A stretch of 64,000 nucleotides of DNA from Spongiibacteraceae bacterium (GTDB lineage: Bacteria; Pseudomonadota; Gammaproteobacteria; Pseudomonadales; CAMLJR01). Both the position numbers and the translations under genes were made by a program. How positions within the stretch are numbered: the stretch's first letter is position 1; the number at the start of each line of letters is the position of its first letter. Positions 19,794 through 30,300 of the stretch are shown here, piece after piece. Where the stretch lies: contig JASGHU010000001.1 of assembly GCA_047602265.1 (NCBI GenBank), forward strand, positions 1,154,346 through 1,218,345. Reading direction: 5' to 3'. Below the pieces are notes generated by a model. That model ran no database searches. It was not told where the DNA came from and was given only the letters and a program-made list of their open reading frames with translations.

Positions 19794-20858
19794 ATGGTGC
19801 TTACGACCACAGCACAACCGCGTCGCGGTTTAACACTCATTCGGCGCATTTACCTGGCCAGGGTGATCGTTCTTGCGCTCGGTTTTATCAGCGTCGGTTC
19901 CGTGTTGTTTGAACTCAAGGCCTCGCCGGTGTTTTGGTGGGTGGCGGTGTTTCAGTGTTTTATCTGGCCGCATATTGCGTTTCGAATCGAGGCAAGAGCA
20001 TTGAATCGGCGGCGAATGGCGTTCGTCACTTTGCTGGCTGACAATCTGATGGTTGGCTTATGGATGTCATTCACCTATTTCAATCTGCTGCCGTGCACCG
20101 CGATAGCGTCGATGACATCGATGAGCAATGCGGGCATCGGCGGCTTTCGATTATTTCAACGCGGCGCGCTGATGCATGCTGTTGGGGCTGCTGTCGGTAT
20201 CGCCATTATCGGATTTCATTGGCAGCCGCATTCATCGCTCCTAGTCATCTGGGCAACCGTGCCGCTGATCGTGTTCTATCCCGCTGCGATCGGCATGCTC
20301 ACCTATCAATTGGCGAAGCGTTTATCGCAACAGCGCGATGAGCTTGATCATCTCAGCAAGCACGATGGCTTGTCGGGCTTGCTCAATCGCATGCATTGGG
20401 AAAGTTTGGTTGCCGAAGAGTTCGCGCGCGGTCTGCGTCAGCGCACACCCGCTGCGATTATTTTGGCGGACATCGATTATTTCAAATCGATCAACGATCG
20501 CGGTGGTCACGCGGCGGGCGATGAGGTGATCTGTAAATTCGCCGATTTGATGCGCGCCAATGTGCGTGAAATCGATCGCGCTGCGCGTTACGGCGGCGAA
20601 GAGTTTGCGGTGCTGATGCCGTCGACGACATTGGCCGAAGCAGTCGATGTCGCCGAGCGATTGCGCGCGATTCTGGCGTGTCAGCCGTTGGCAGGCATGC
20701 GCGTGACCGCCAGTTTCGGCGTCGCTGAATTGAGCGCGGATTTTAGCGATCACAATCGCTGGATCGAATGCGTCGATACTGCGCTGTATCGCGCCAAAGC
20801 GGCTGGGCGCAATTGTGTGGTTGCGTATACGTCCGCGGGGCAATCAGCGAGCGCCTAA
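19794..20858 (+). CDS. AdrA/DgcC-like diguanylate cyclase (MASE2 membrane domain + GGDEF)
   Basis: The membrane domain is collinear with E. coli AdrA (WW....V....WPH.A..I...). The GGDEF domain has the active site RYGGEEFAVLM and an RxxD I-site (REID). The ORF opens at 19725 (TTG); I prefer ATG at 19794. Confidence 0.8.
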   Translation: MVLTTTAQPRRGLTLIRRIYLARVIVLALGFISVGSVLFELKASPVFWWVAVFQCFIWPHIAFRIEARALNRRRMAFVTLLADNLMVGLWMSFTYFNLLPCTAIASMTSMSNAGIGGFRLFQRGALMHAVGAAVGIAIIGFHWQPHSSLLVIWATVPLIVFYPAAIGMLTYQLAKRLSQQRDELDHLSKHDGLSGLLNRMHWESLVAEEFARGLRQRTPAAIILADIDYFKSINDRGGHAAGDEVICKFADLMRANVREIDRAARYGGEEFAVLMPSTTLAEAVDVAERLRAILACQPLAGMRVTASFGVAELSADFSDHNRWIECVDTALYRAKAAGRNCVVAYTSAGQSASA

Positions 20859-20923
20859 TAAAATTGCCAGCGCGGTGAGCGCACAGTAGAGTTGCGTCGT
20901 TTTCAAGCGAGTAATCCTGGGCG

Positions 20924-21529
20924 ATGGCGGACGCAATTTTTGTTTATTTCCACGGCTTTTTGAGTTCACCGCGCTCGGTGAAAGCTCAGCAATTGGTGCA
21001 ATTTATCGACGCCAATCATTTGTCGATTGAATGTGTCGTACCGGAGCTGCCCGAGGAGCCGCATCGCGCATTCGCGGTCGCTGAAAAAGCGATCAAACTG
21101 GCGTGTGAAAAAAATCCCAGTGTTGGCATTCTCGGTAGCTCGCTCGGTGGATTTTATGCGACCGTGTTCGCCGAACGCTTCGGTCTGCGCGCGGTGTTGA
21201 TTAATCCTTCGGTGCGCCCGCATTTGCGCTTCGGGAAATTTATTCAAGCTGATGGGAACGATCTGGTGAATCCTTATACCGATCGCCGCTTTACGCTTGA
21301 CGAGCGCGATATCGATGCGTTGGCGACTCACGCGCCCGAACGACTTACACGATTGGAAAAATATTGGCTGCTCGCACAAATGGGCGACGAAGTGATCGAT
21401 TATCGCGAAGCGGTCGACTATTACGCAGGCGCCAAACAAACGATCGAGCCGGACGGCGATCATGCGTTTCAAGGATTCGAGCGCTATTTGCCTGAGATCG
21501 TGAAATTCTTACAATTGCCGCTCACCTGA
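20924..21529 (+). CDS. yqiA: YqiA-family alpha/beta esterase
   Basis: Motifs are present (YFHGF.SSP.S.KA, GSSLGG serine nucleophile). The gene lies between cpdA and parE as in E. coli. Confidence 0.85.
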   Translation: MADAIFVYFHGFLSSPRSVKAQQLVQFIDANHLSIECVVPELPEEPHRAFAVAEKAIKLACEKNPSVGILGSSLGGFYATVFAERFGLRAVLINPSVRPHLRFGKFIQADGNDLVNPYTDRRFTLDERDIDALATHAPERLTRLEKYWLLAQMGDEVIDYREAVDYYAGAKQTIEPDGDHAFQGFERYLPEIVKFLQLPLT

Positions 21530-21592
21530 GTTGCCCCCAATTCATTGAACTTATTCGATTCGCTAACAGACGATTCATTCGCAGAGAAAGAC

Positions 21593-23479
21593 ATGTCGAA
21601 AACCTATAACGCCGAAAGTATCGAAGTTCTCACCGGTCTAGATCCCGTGCGCAAACGCCCGGGCATGTATACCGATACCTCGCGGCCGAATCATCTGGCG
21701 CAAGAAGTCATTGATAACAGTGTCGATGAGGCGCTCGGCGGTTACTGCAATCAAATCGATGTGGTACTGCACAAAGATAATTCGCTGACGTGTACCGATA
21801 ACGGTCGCGGCATGCCTGTCGATATTCATCCGGAGCAGGGCAAGCCCGGCGTCGAAGTGATTCTGTGCACGTTGCATGCGGGCGGAAAGTTTTCGAATCA
21901 GAATTATCAATTCTCCGGCGGTTTGCATGGTGTCGGTGTTTCTGTCGTCAATGCGCTATCAAAAATTCTCGAAGTGACGATTCGTCGCGATGGTCAGATT
22001 TATCGCATGGGTTTTGCGAACGGCGATAAGGCCAGCGATCTTGAAGTTATCGGTACGTGCGGCAAGCGCGAAACGGGAACGAGTGTGCGTTTCCTTCCCG
22101 ATCCCAAGTATTTCGAATCGCCAAAATTTTCCGCAACGCGTTTGCGTCACGTATTGCGCGCGAAAGCGGTGTTGTGTCCGAAGTTGCGAGTCACTTTTGT
22201 TGACGAAAATACCGGTGAGCGCGACGAGTGGTATTACGAAGATGGCTTGCAGGATTATTTGCGCGGTGCGACGCAGGAATTCGAAACGCTGCCAGCGATT
22301 CCCTTCGTCGGCAGTTTTAAAAGCGATCGCGAAGCCGTCGATTGGGCGGTGCAGTGGCTGCCCGAAGGCGGCGAATTAATTACCGAATCGTATGTGAATT
22401 TGATCCCCACCGCGCAGGGCGGTACGCATGTGAACGGTTTGCGTTCGGGATTGCTCGATGCGATGCGCGAGTTTTGTGAATTCCGCAATTTATTGCCGCG
22501 CGGAATTAAATTGGCGCCCGATGATATTTGGGATAAATGCGCGTATGTGTTGAGTTCGAAAATGCAGGATGCGCAATTTTCGGGGCAAACAAAAGAGCGC
22601 CTGACTTCGCGCGAAGCGGCGGTATTCGTTGCAGGCGTTACCAAAGATGCGTTCAGTCTCTGGCTTAACCAGCACACCGAAGAAGCCGAAAAACTTGCTG
22701 AGTTGTGCATCAGCAGCGCGCAGACGCGTCTGCGAAAATCGAAACAGGTCGCGCGTAAAAAAGTCACAGCGGGTCCGGCATTGCCTGGCAAGTTGGCCGA
22801 TTGTTCGGGCAGCGAAATCGAACGCGGCGAATTATTTTTAGTTGAGGGTGATTCTGCAGGTGGTTCGGCGAAGCAGGCGCGCGATCGCGAGTTTCAAGCC
22901 ATCCTGCCATTGCGCGGAAAAATTTTGAACACGTGGGAAGTCGATGTGATGGAAGTGCTCGCCTCGCAAGAGGTGCACGATATTTCTGTCGCTATCGGCG
23001 TCGACCCAGGTTCGGATTCGCTCGAAGGTTTGCGCTATCACAAAATCTGCATTCTCGCCGATGCGGATTCCGACGGCGCGCATATCGCCACGCTGTTGTG
23101 CGCATTGTTCGTGCGTCATTTCAAACCGCTGGTTCAAGCCGGTCATGTGTTCGTCGCGATGCCGCCGCTGTTTCGTATCGACATCGGCAAGGAAGTTTTT
23201 TACGCACTCGACGAATCCGAAAAGCAGGGCATTCTCGATCGCATTGCCGCCGAAAATAAGCGCGGCAAAGTTTCCGTGACTCGCTTTAAAGGTCTTGGTG
23301 AAATGAATCCGCTGCAACTGCGCGAAACCGTTATGGATCCGAACACGCGGCGCCTGGTGCGGCTGACGATCGAGTCGGGCGACGATACGTTGCAGACGAT
23401 GGATATGTTGCTCGCCAAAAAACGCGCGAACGACCGTAAAGAGTGGCTGGAGACCAAGGGCAATTTGGCGGTTGTGTAA
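21593..23479 (+). CDS. parE: DNA topoisomerase IV subunit B
   Basis: GHKL ATPase and Toprim motifs are present (YNAESIEVLTGLDPVRKRPGMYT, LHGVG, EL.LVEGDSAGGSAKQ, PLRGKILN, DADSDG). The ATG at 21593 is preferred over the upstream alternative start at 21545. Confidence 0.9.
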   Translation: MSKTYNAESIEVLTGLDPVRKRPGMYTDTSRPNHLAQEVIDNSVDEALGGYCNQIDVVLHKDNSLTCTDNGRGMPVDIHPEQGKPGVEVILCTLHAGGKFSNQNYQFSGGLHGVGVSVVNALSKILEVTIRRDGQIYRMGFANGDKASDLEVIGTCGKRETGTSVRFLPDPKYFESPKFSATRLRHVLRAKAVLCPKLRVTFVDENTGERDEWYYEDGLQDYLRGATQEFETLPAIPFVGSFKSDREAVDWAVQWLPEGGELITESYVNLIPTAQGGTHVNGLRSGLLDAMREFCEFRNLLPRGIKLAPDDIWDKCAYVLSSKMQDAQFSGQTKERLTSREAAVFVAGVTKDAFSLWLNQHTEEAEKLAELCISSAQTRLRKSKQVARKKVTAGPALPGKLADCSGSEIERGELFLVEGDSAGGSAKQARDREFQAILPLRGKILNTWEVDVMEVLASQEVHDISVAIGVDPGSDSLEGLRYHKICILADADSDGAHIATLLCALFVRHFKPLVQAGHVFVAMPPLFRIDIGKEVFYALDESEKQGILDRIAAENKRGKVSVTRFKGLGEMNPLQLRETVMDPNTRRLVRLTIESGDDTLQTMDMLLAKKRANDRKEWLETKGNLAVV

Positions 23480-23692
23480 TCGCCCCCCCAAGCGGGGAGT
23501 TATTGTCGAGTCCCTTTACAGTCGGGTTTAATTGTGTGCTCTAACATTTTCGATAAGTTAATGATAAGTAATACAAAACAGTCTTTGGCCTGAAGTGTGC
23601 TTTAAGCTTCAGGTCAGCGAGCAGCCCGATTGCCGTTTCCAAAGGGAGTTCGGTAGCGCGGCTAGCTAATCGCACAACTACGGAGTCATAAC

Positions 23693-24286
23693 ATGAGAAA
23701 GATTTTTCTATCCGCGCTGAAAATGATTGCGCCGGTTTTATTGTTTGCCACCGCAATGCAGGCTTCTGCAGCATTGGTGACCTCGATTCACTCGGGGAAG
23801 GGCAGCGGGACCCTCGGTGACGTTAGTTTTGAAGACGCTTATTTCGCTATCTATGCGACTGCTGACACCTCGACCATTACGTCATGCGGTGCTGATTGCC
23901 TGTCCAACATTAATATCAGTGCCTTGATAATAATTGATTCACCAGACATTGTTGCTGCCAGCTTCATTACCCCTACAAGCTATGTCTCAAGCAACAATGG
24001 CGTTGCGTTTGCGCGAGCTGATGGAACGAGTCTGTTTGACGGCCCCTCTGGGGCCTGGGATATGGCCTCTACGGTTGGGCCACTAATTGATACTGGCGAA
24101 TTGTTGCAGTGGATATCCGGTGAAATTTTGACGACAGGTGGTGTGCTGGTGTTCGACGAGGGAACTACCCCGGCAACGTTTGCAGCAACGGTAGCAGGCG
24201 TGTGTGAAGTGCCGCTTCCTGCCGGTGCGTGGCTGTTCGGATCAGGCTTGATCGGCTTGGTTGGTGTAGCGCGCCGCAAAGCATAA
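23693..24286 (+). CDS. Secreted protein with a PEP-CTERM-class (VPLPA-CTERM-type) C-terminal sorting signal
   Basis: An N-terminal signal peptide is present (LLFATAMQASA|A). The C-terminus reads VPLPAGAWLFGSGLIGLVGVARRKA, which is a motif plus TM helix plus basic tail. Confidence 0.7.
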   Translation: MRKIFLSALKMIAPVLLFATAMQASAALVTSIHSGKGSGTLGDVSFEDAYFAIYATADTSTITSCGADCLSNINISALIIIDSPDIVAASFITPTSYVSSNNGVAFARADGTSLFDGPSGAWDMASTVGPLIDTGELLQWISGEILTTGGVLVFDEGTTPATFAATVAGVCEVPLPAGAWLFGSGLIGLVGVARRKA

Positions 24287-24308
24287 TTCGTTTGCATCAA
24301 GCTCCAAC

Positions 24309-24336
24309 AAAAATGGCCCCGCATGGGGCCATTTTT
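24309..24336. terminator. Bidirectional rho-independent terminator (AAAAATGGCCCC GCAT GGGGCCATTTTT)
   Basis: A perfect GC-rich stem is flanked by an A-run and a T-run, between convergent genes. Confidence 0.85.
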
Positions 24337-24339
24337 GTT

Positions 24340-24690
24340 TTACGGTTTCTCTTCCAAATCCTCGTAATTTTCCGGCAAAAAACGCGGCGCACAAATCGCC
24401 AGAAAAATTAAATCGTCGCTGCCGTTGTTGTGAATGCGCTGCGCGCAAAGCGCCGGAATGAATACCACATCCCCCTTATGCACCGAGCGCGGTTTTTCAT
24501 CGCCCACTTCAACGATTCCGGTTCCGCTCAAAATCACATAGCGCTCGGTCGTATGCTGCAAGCGATGCCAGCGTGTCGTTTTGCCCGGCTCGACGCGCGC
24601 CTGTGCAATCGAGACATCGGGATCATCGGCGCGATTTGAAAGCTCGGTGATGAAGCAGCCTTCGCGGAAATAATATTCGGTACTGGTCAT
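24340..24690 (-). CDS. Cupin-domain protein
   Basis: The 116-aa product has a cupin-like beta-barrel pattern (WHRL.HTTERYVILSG.G.VEVG......V..GDVV.IP....Q.I.N.G...L.FL.IC.P). Confidence 0.7.
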   Translation of the reverse strand: MTSTEYYFREGCFITELSNRADDPDVSIAQARVEPGKTTRWHRLQHTTERYVILSGTGIVEVGDEKPRSVHKGDVVFIPALCAQRIHNNGSDDLIFLAICAPRFLPENYEDLEEKP

Positions 24691-24779
24691 GGCTGTGCGC
24701 TCTTTAAATGTGCCGCCAATCTAGCGCAGCGGTTAGCCGCAAGGTAGTCTGCGCGCTGCGAAAGATGGGCGGGAACGCG

Positions 24780-27182
24780 ATGAAACGTTGGTGGTGGGCG
24801 ATATCGATAGCACTGATTGCGCTGTTGGTTGTGGCGATCTGGCAGTGGCGAATTCACGCTGCCGATGAATCCTCTGCGCGCATCGATCCCCCAGCGCCCG
24901 TGACCGTCGGCGAAAGTGAGCCAAAGATTTCGTTTGCCTCCGCGCCCGAGTTTTATCGCGACATCAAACCGATTCTCGATCAGCGTTGTGTGGTGTGCCA
25001 CGGTTGTTACGATGCGCCGTGTCAGCTCAAGCTCGACTCTGCGGAAGGATTGCTGCGCGGTGCGACGCGGGTCCCCGTGTACGACAGTCGGCGGGTGGTG
25101 GCGGCAGAGCCGACGCGTCTTTTTGTCGATGCGCATTCTGTGCAGGCGTGGCGAGAGAAAAACTTTTTCTCGGTTCTCACCGAAGACGAACCCGGCGCCG
25201 AGAATAATCTGCGCCGAGGCGATTCGAGTAGCAGCGTGTTGTACCGCATGTTGGCGCTCAAGGCGGATCATCCACTGCCGGATGGAGCATTGCCCGCCTC
25301 GGTCGACACCTCGCTCGATCGCAAAGCCTTTTGTCCAAATCGCGACAACTTCGATCAATATGCGAAAGAGCGTCCGCTGCACGGCATGCCGTATGGCTTG
25401 CCGGCGTTGAGCGATGACGAGTTTGCGAAAATGGCGCACTGGCTGGAAGCGGGCGCTGAAATTGCCGCGCTGCCGCCGATCTCGACTTTCGCGCAAAAGG
25501 CGAGTGGCGATTGGGAGCGATTTTTAAATCGCAACGATCTCAAATCGCAATTGATGGCGCGCTATCTCTACGAACATTTATTTCTCGCCGATTTATATTT
25601 CAGCGACAACGATGCGCGCGAATTTTTTAAACTGGTGCGCTCGCGCACGCCGCCCGGCGATGCTATCGATGTGATTGCAACACGTCGGCCGTTCGATGAT
25701 CCGCAGGTCGAGCGCGTTTATTATCGTCTGCAACCGTACCGCGCCACCATCGTTGCCAAAACACATTTGCCTTACGCGTTGAATGCACAGCGCATGCAGC
25801 GCTGGCAGCAATTGTTTTTGCAATCCGATTATGCGGTGAATGAGTTGCCCTCCTATGAGGTGGATGTTGCGGCGAATCCGTTTATTGCTTTCGCTGCAAT
25901 TCCGGTGCAGGCGCGGTATCGCTTTCTGCTCGATGATGCAGACTATTTCATTGCGACCTTCATCAAGGGGCCGGTGTGCCGCGGCCAACTCGCACTGAAT
26001 GTGGTCGACGATCAATTCTGGGTAATGTTTGCCAATCCCGATATCGAAGCGATGGTCGATGGCGATTTTCTGTCGCGCGAAAGCAGGCATTTGCGTCTCC
26101 CGAGCGAAATCGAAAATCAGCCGCTCGGTTTTACCAAGTGGAAAAAATACGCGGATTTACAGGCCAAATATTTGGCGGCAAAGGAAGCGTATCTATCGCA
26201 AAAGTTTCCAAGTCCGCAGGCGGTGACGCTCGATCTGATTTGGAATGGCGAAAACTCGATTCAGGGTTCGCAGAAAAATCCCAGCGCTGCACTCACCGTG
26301 TTCCGGCATTTCGATAGCGCCAGTGTCGTGCAGGGATTTGTCGAACCGTTGCCGAAAACGGCGTGGGTGATCGATTATCCGATGCTGGAAAGAATTTATT
26401 ATTTGCTGGCGGCGGGTTTCGATGTTTACGGCGATGCGAGTCATCAGTTAATGACGCGGCTGTATATGGATTTTCTGCGGATGGAAGGAGAAACCAATTT
26501 TCTGAATTTCCTGCCAAAAGCTGCGCGCGAAAAAACACGCAATGGCTGGTATCAGGGAGTCGGTGCAAAATTTCGCGATTCGGTCTATCGAAAGGTCGGC
26601 GCGTATCAGCGCGAAAGTGGCATTCACTATCGCAGCAAAAATTCGCAGCGCGAGTTTTTCGATCTGCTGAGCGCGCGGCTCGGCAGCGCATTGACGCATC
26701 GCTATGACCTTGAGGCGTCGACTCTCACGCCGGTGTTGCAAAAGTCGTTGCAAAAAATTGCGCGGTTGCGAGGCGCCGCCGTTGCATATCTGCCGGAAAC
26801 GGTTTTATTGCGCGTGGTGATTCGCAACGAGCCCGATCGTATTTTCACGCTGATTCACAACAACGATCACAGCAATGTCGCGGTGTTGTTGTTCGAGCAG
26901 GCGCGGCGCCGACCTGAGCGCGACAGCGTGAGCGTGGTTCCCGGTATCGTCGGCGCCTATCCGAACGCATTTTGGGTGGTGCATGAAGATGACCTGCCGC
27001 AGTTGGCGCGCGACCTGGCGAAGGTTCGTACGTCCGCGGGCTATCGCGCAATCGCTGCGCGTTATGCGGTGGCGCGCAACGGCGCGCGCTTCTGGCAAGA
27101 GGGCGATTGGGTGCTGAACACCTATCGCAATCTGGAGCCGATCGAGTGGGGCATTCTCGATTACAGCCGTTACGAGCGCTAG
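24780..27182 (+). CDS. cti: Fatty acid cis/trans isomerase (periplasmic heme c enzyme)
   Basis: A signal/TM segment (MKRWWWAISIALIALLVVAIW) precedes the Cti-typical heme motif context (RCVVCHGCYDAPCQLKLDS). The product is about 800 aa. Confidence 0.85.
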   Translation: MKRWWWAISIALIALLVVAIWQWRIHAADESSARIDPPAPVTVGESEPKISFASAPEFYRDIKPILDQRCVVCHGCYDAPCQLKLDSAEGLLRGATRVPVYDSRRVVAAEPTRLFVDAHSVQAWREKNFFSVLTEDEPGAENNLRRGDSSSSVLYRMLALKADHPLPDGALPASVDTSLDRKAFCPNRDNFDQYAKERPLHGMPYGLPALSDDEFAKMAHWLEAGAEIAALPPISTFAQKASGDWERFLNRNDLKSQLMARYLYEHLFLADLYFSDNDAREFFKLVRSRTPPGDAIDVIATRRPFDDPQVERVYYRLQPYRATIVAKTHLPYALNAQRMQRWQQLFLQSDYAVNELPSYEVDVAANPFIAFAAIPVQARYRFLLDDADYFIATFIKGPVCRGQLALNVVDDQFWVMFANPDIEAMVDGDFLSRESRHLRLPSEIENQPLGFTKWKKYADLQAKYLAAKEAYLSQKFPSPQAVTLDLIWNGENSIQGSQKNPSAALTVFRHFDSASVVQGFVEPLPKTAWVIDYPMLERIYYLLAAGFDVYGDASHQLMTRLYMDFLRMEGETNFLNFLPKAAREKTRNGWYQGVGAKFRDSVYRKVGAYQRESGIHYRSKNSQREFFDLLSARLGSALTHRYDLEASTLTPVLQKSLQKIARLRGAAVAYLPETVLLRVVIRNEPDRIFTLIHNNDHSNVAVLLFEQARRRPERDSVSVVPGIVGAYPNAFWVVHEDDLPQLARDLAKVRTSAGYRAIAARYAVARNGARFWQEGDWVLNTYRNLEPIEWGILDYSRYER

Positions 27183-27301
27183 CGGGTTGGGGTAAGACGG
27201 TTCGGGTAGAGAGCCGGTCGGTGTGCGTACAAGACCGCATGGAGAGGTCGCCCATGCTGCTCTAGACTTTCTCCACCCCGGTCTTCTTGTGTATCCCGAG
27301 C

Positions 27302-30300
27302 ATGCCAGTCAACGCCTTACGCCGAATGCTGCAATCGCAGTCTTCATCGCCACTCGCCCATCTGCCGGCGAGCGTTGCTTTGGGGCTGGCGCTTCCCTCG
27401 GCCATTTTGGGCATCGTGTTGATCGGCATGAATCTGCATCTGGTCGGCATGCTGGCGTGGGCCGCCGCGATCGCGATGATTGCGGCGGCGCTGCGCGGAC
27501 TCTACGCCGCGGGAGTGGTCGCCGGTCTGGCGTTGGCCGGCGCACTGCTTTGGCGACTCATCCTTGGCGACTCCACGGTGTTGAGCGGCGCCGAACAGAT
27601 GGCCCTGATCGTTCTCACGTTGCTGGCGGGTGGTATCGGCAGGTTAGTCTCGCGCGACATTCAGCAGCGCGAAAGGGTGGCCGCCGCGCAGCTTCAGCTC
27701 GATGTCTTCGCGAAGATGATCGAGTCAGTTCTCGAATCCAGCCGCGACTGCGTGAAGTTGTTAGCGACCGACGGTTCGATTCTCTCCATCAATGCAACAG
27801 GCTTGAAATTGATCGGTGTGGAAAGCGCCGAGCAGATTGTCGGCAAGAACTGGTTTTCGCTGTGGGGTACGGAACAGCAGAAGTCACTCGCCTCAGCCTG
27901 GCATCAGGTGCTGACGCGCGGGCACGCGCAGTTCGACGGCAGTTGTCGCATTTTTACGGGCGAACGTCGCACCTGGCATAACACCTTCACACTGGTGCGT
28001 ACGCCCGATCAGAATCAGCCCTATGTCGTCTGTATTTCGTGCGATATGACCGACAGCGTCAATATGCAGCAGACGCTCGACACCAGCGTCGCGCAATTGC
28101 GAGGTCTGCTCAATCATATCGACGAAGGTTCGCTGGCGATCGATAACAGTTGGACGATCCGGTTTGCCAATCGGTGCGGTGAGCAATTGTGTGCGAACCT
28201 CGATCGTGCGAATCCGGTCGGGCGCAGTCTGTGGGAAGTGTTTCCGTTCAAGCGCGACGAGCCCGCATCGATTTTGATTCGCCGCGTCATGGAAGAGCAG
28301 GCGATGCAGCATTTCGATTATTTTTTTGCGCCGCAGCAATTGTGGCTCAGCATTTCAGTCTTTCCCGCCAACAGCGGCATTTATATTTTGGCGCGCGACA
28401 TCACTGCATTAAAGCAGACGCAGCAGGCTTCGGCAGAGGAAAATGCGCGGCTGCAGGTGGCGCAGGAAATCGCCGGTTTTGGCGATTGGGGATTTGATTA
28501 CGATCAGGGTTCCATGCAGTTTTCAGCGCGCGCGGTGGCGATGCTGGAAATGGAAAATTGCGCGCCGCACGAATATAAAAAACATTTGCTGGACAAGTTG
28601 AATGCACGCGATCGCATGGCGCTGGTGCAATCCATCATCAACTGTACTGAAGCGGCGCCGACGCTCGATTTGATCGTCAGTTTTCCCGGTCGCGATGGCG
28701 CGAATAAACATTTGCATTGGATCGGTCGCCTGCTCACCGACGAACGCGGCAACGCTGCACGCATGCTCGGTGCGATTCAGGACATCAGTGAGCATTTGAA
28801 TGCGCAGCACTCGTTGGAAAAAGCGCGCAGTCTGGTGCGCGATCTCGTCGATGCGCTGCCGCAACAAATTATCGTGCTCGATAAAGACGGGAAATTGGTC
28901 GTCGCCAATCGGTCGTGGCTCGAACTGCGCAAGCGGTATTACCGCAATGAAGATGCGCCCTCGAATTTCTTCGAGTTATGCGACGAGGAAAATAGCAAGC
29001 GCACGATCGTTGCGAAAGCGCAGCAGGCAGCGCAGTCGATTTTGAACGCCGAGCAGGATCGTATCGAGTACGAATATACGATCGATCACGGCGGTAAGCT
29101 GCAGCATTTTCTGCTGCAGGCGAGAGCCTTGCGCAATAACTCGGAATTGTTGGCCTTGCTCGTTCATCAGGAAACGACGGCATTGAAGCGCTCGCTCAAT
29201 GCCGCCTCCAACGCCGAGCGCATGGTGTACAAACTCGCGGAAAATATGCCGGAAATGTTCTGGATTTACGATGCGGAAGCGAATTGCTATTCGTACATGA
29301 GTCCGGCGATCGAGCGAATTTTCGGCATTCCGCCGAGCGTAGTGCTGAACAAGGATCTGAGTTTTGTCGATTATATTCATCCGGACGATCGCGACCATGT
29401 GCAGCAATTGTTAGCGCAACTGTTGCACGGAGAGGCTCAGCTCAATATCGACTGTCGCATTATCAATGCGCAGGGCGAGCTGCGCTGGATCAACAATAAT
29501 TCGATTTCGTTGCGCGATGAAAATGGCAAAGTTGCACAGATCGTCGGTATCTCTCGCGATATCACAAGCACTAAATTGTACGAGCAGCAATTGCTCGAAG
29601 CGGCTTATCACGATGATCTCACCGGATTCGCGAATCGCGTCGCCTTGCGCAATCATCTCGCGCAATGTGCTCAGCGCACTGAATCGACCGTATTGCTGCT
29701 GTTGAATATCGACCGCTTTAAAAATATCAACGACACGCTCGGGCATGCCTGTGGCGACGAATTGCTGCAGCAGGTGGCGCAGCGCTTGCGCACAGCGCTG
29801 ACGGATGTGTTTATTGCGCGCACCGGTGGCGATGAGTTTGCGATTGTCTGTACGACAGCACAGCGACATACAATTATCGATGCGGCACTGCTGTGTTTCA
29901 CCGAGGCGTTTTCTCTCGCGGAAGAGAATGCGTTCGTGACAGCATCGCTCGGCGTCGCGATGTACCCCGATGACAGCGACAGCATCGATGGTCTGATCAA
30001 ATGCGCCGGCGCTGCATTGCAGCGCGCGAAAGCGGCGGGACGCAATAATTACCAGTTATTCAAAGATACGATGTCGCTACCGAGTCGCGAGCGGCTCGCG
30101 CTCGAAAATGAATTGCGCAGCGCCGCGCAATGCAATGAATTCGAATTGTTTTACCAGGGCAAGTTCGATCTGGAGCGCGGAACCTTGGTGGGGGCGGAAG
30201 CGTTGTTGCGGTGGCGCTCGCCAAAACGCGGGTTGATTTCCCCGGCAGAATTTATTCCGCTATTGGAGGAGACGGGCTTGATTATTGCCGTCGGCGAATG

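Noticed and set aside
24687-25496. A 269-aa minus-strand ORF overlapping the 5' part of cti
   Set aside because: The product is an Arg-rich nonsense-like sequence antisense to a gene with the Cti heme-motif context, so it is a shadow ORF.
27223-27981. A 252-aa plus-strand ORF (Arg/Gly-rich) upstream of and overlapping the PAS-GGDEF-EAL gene
   Set aside because: It is out of frame with, and almost entirely inside, the 1200-aa sensor gene. Its composition (RRSGVGRR…) is typical of an off-frame GC-rich translation.
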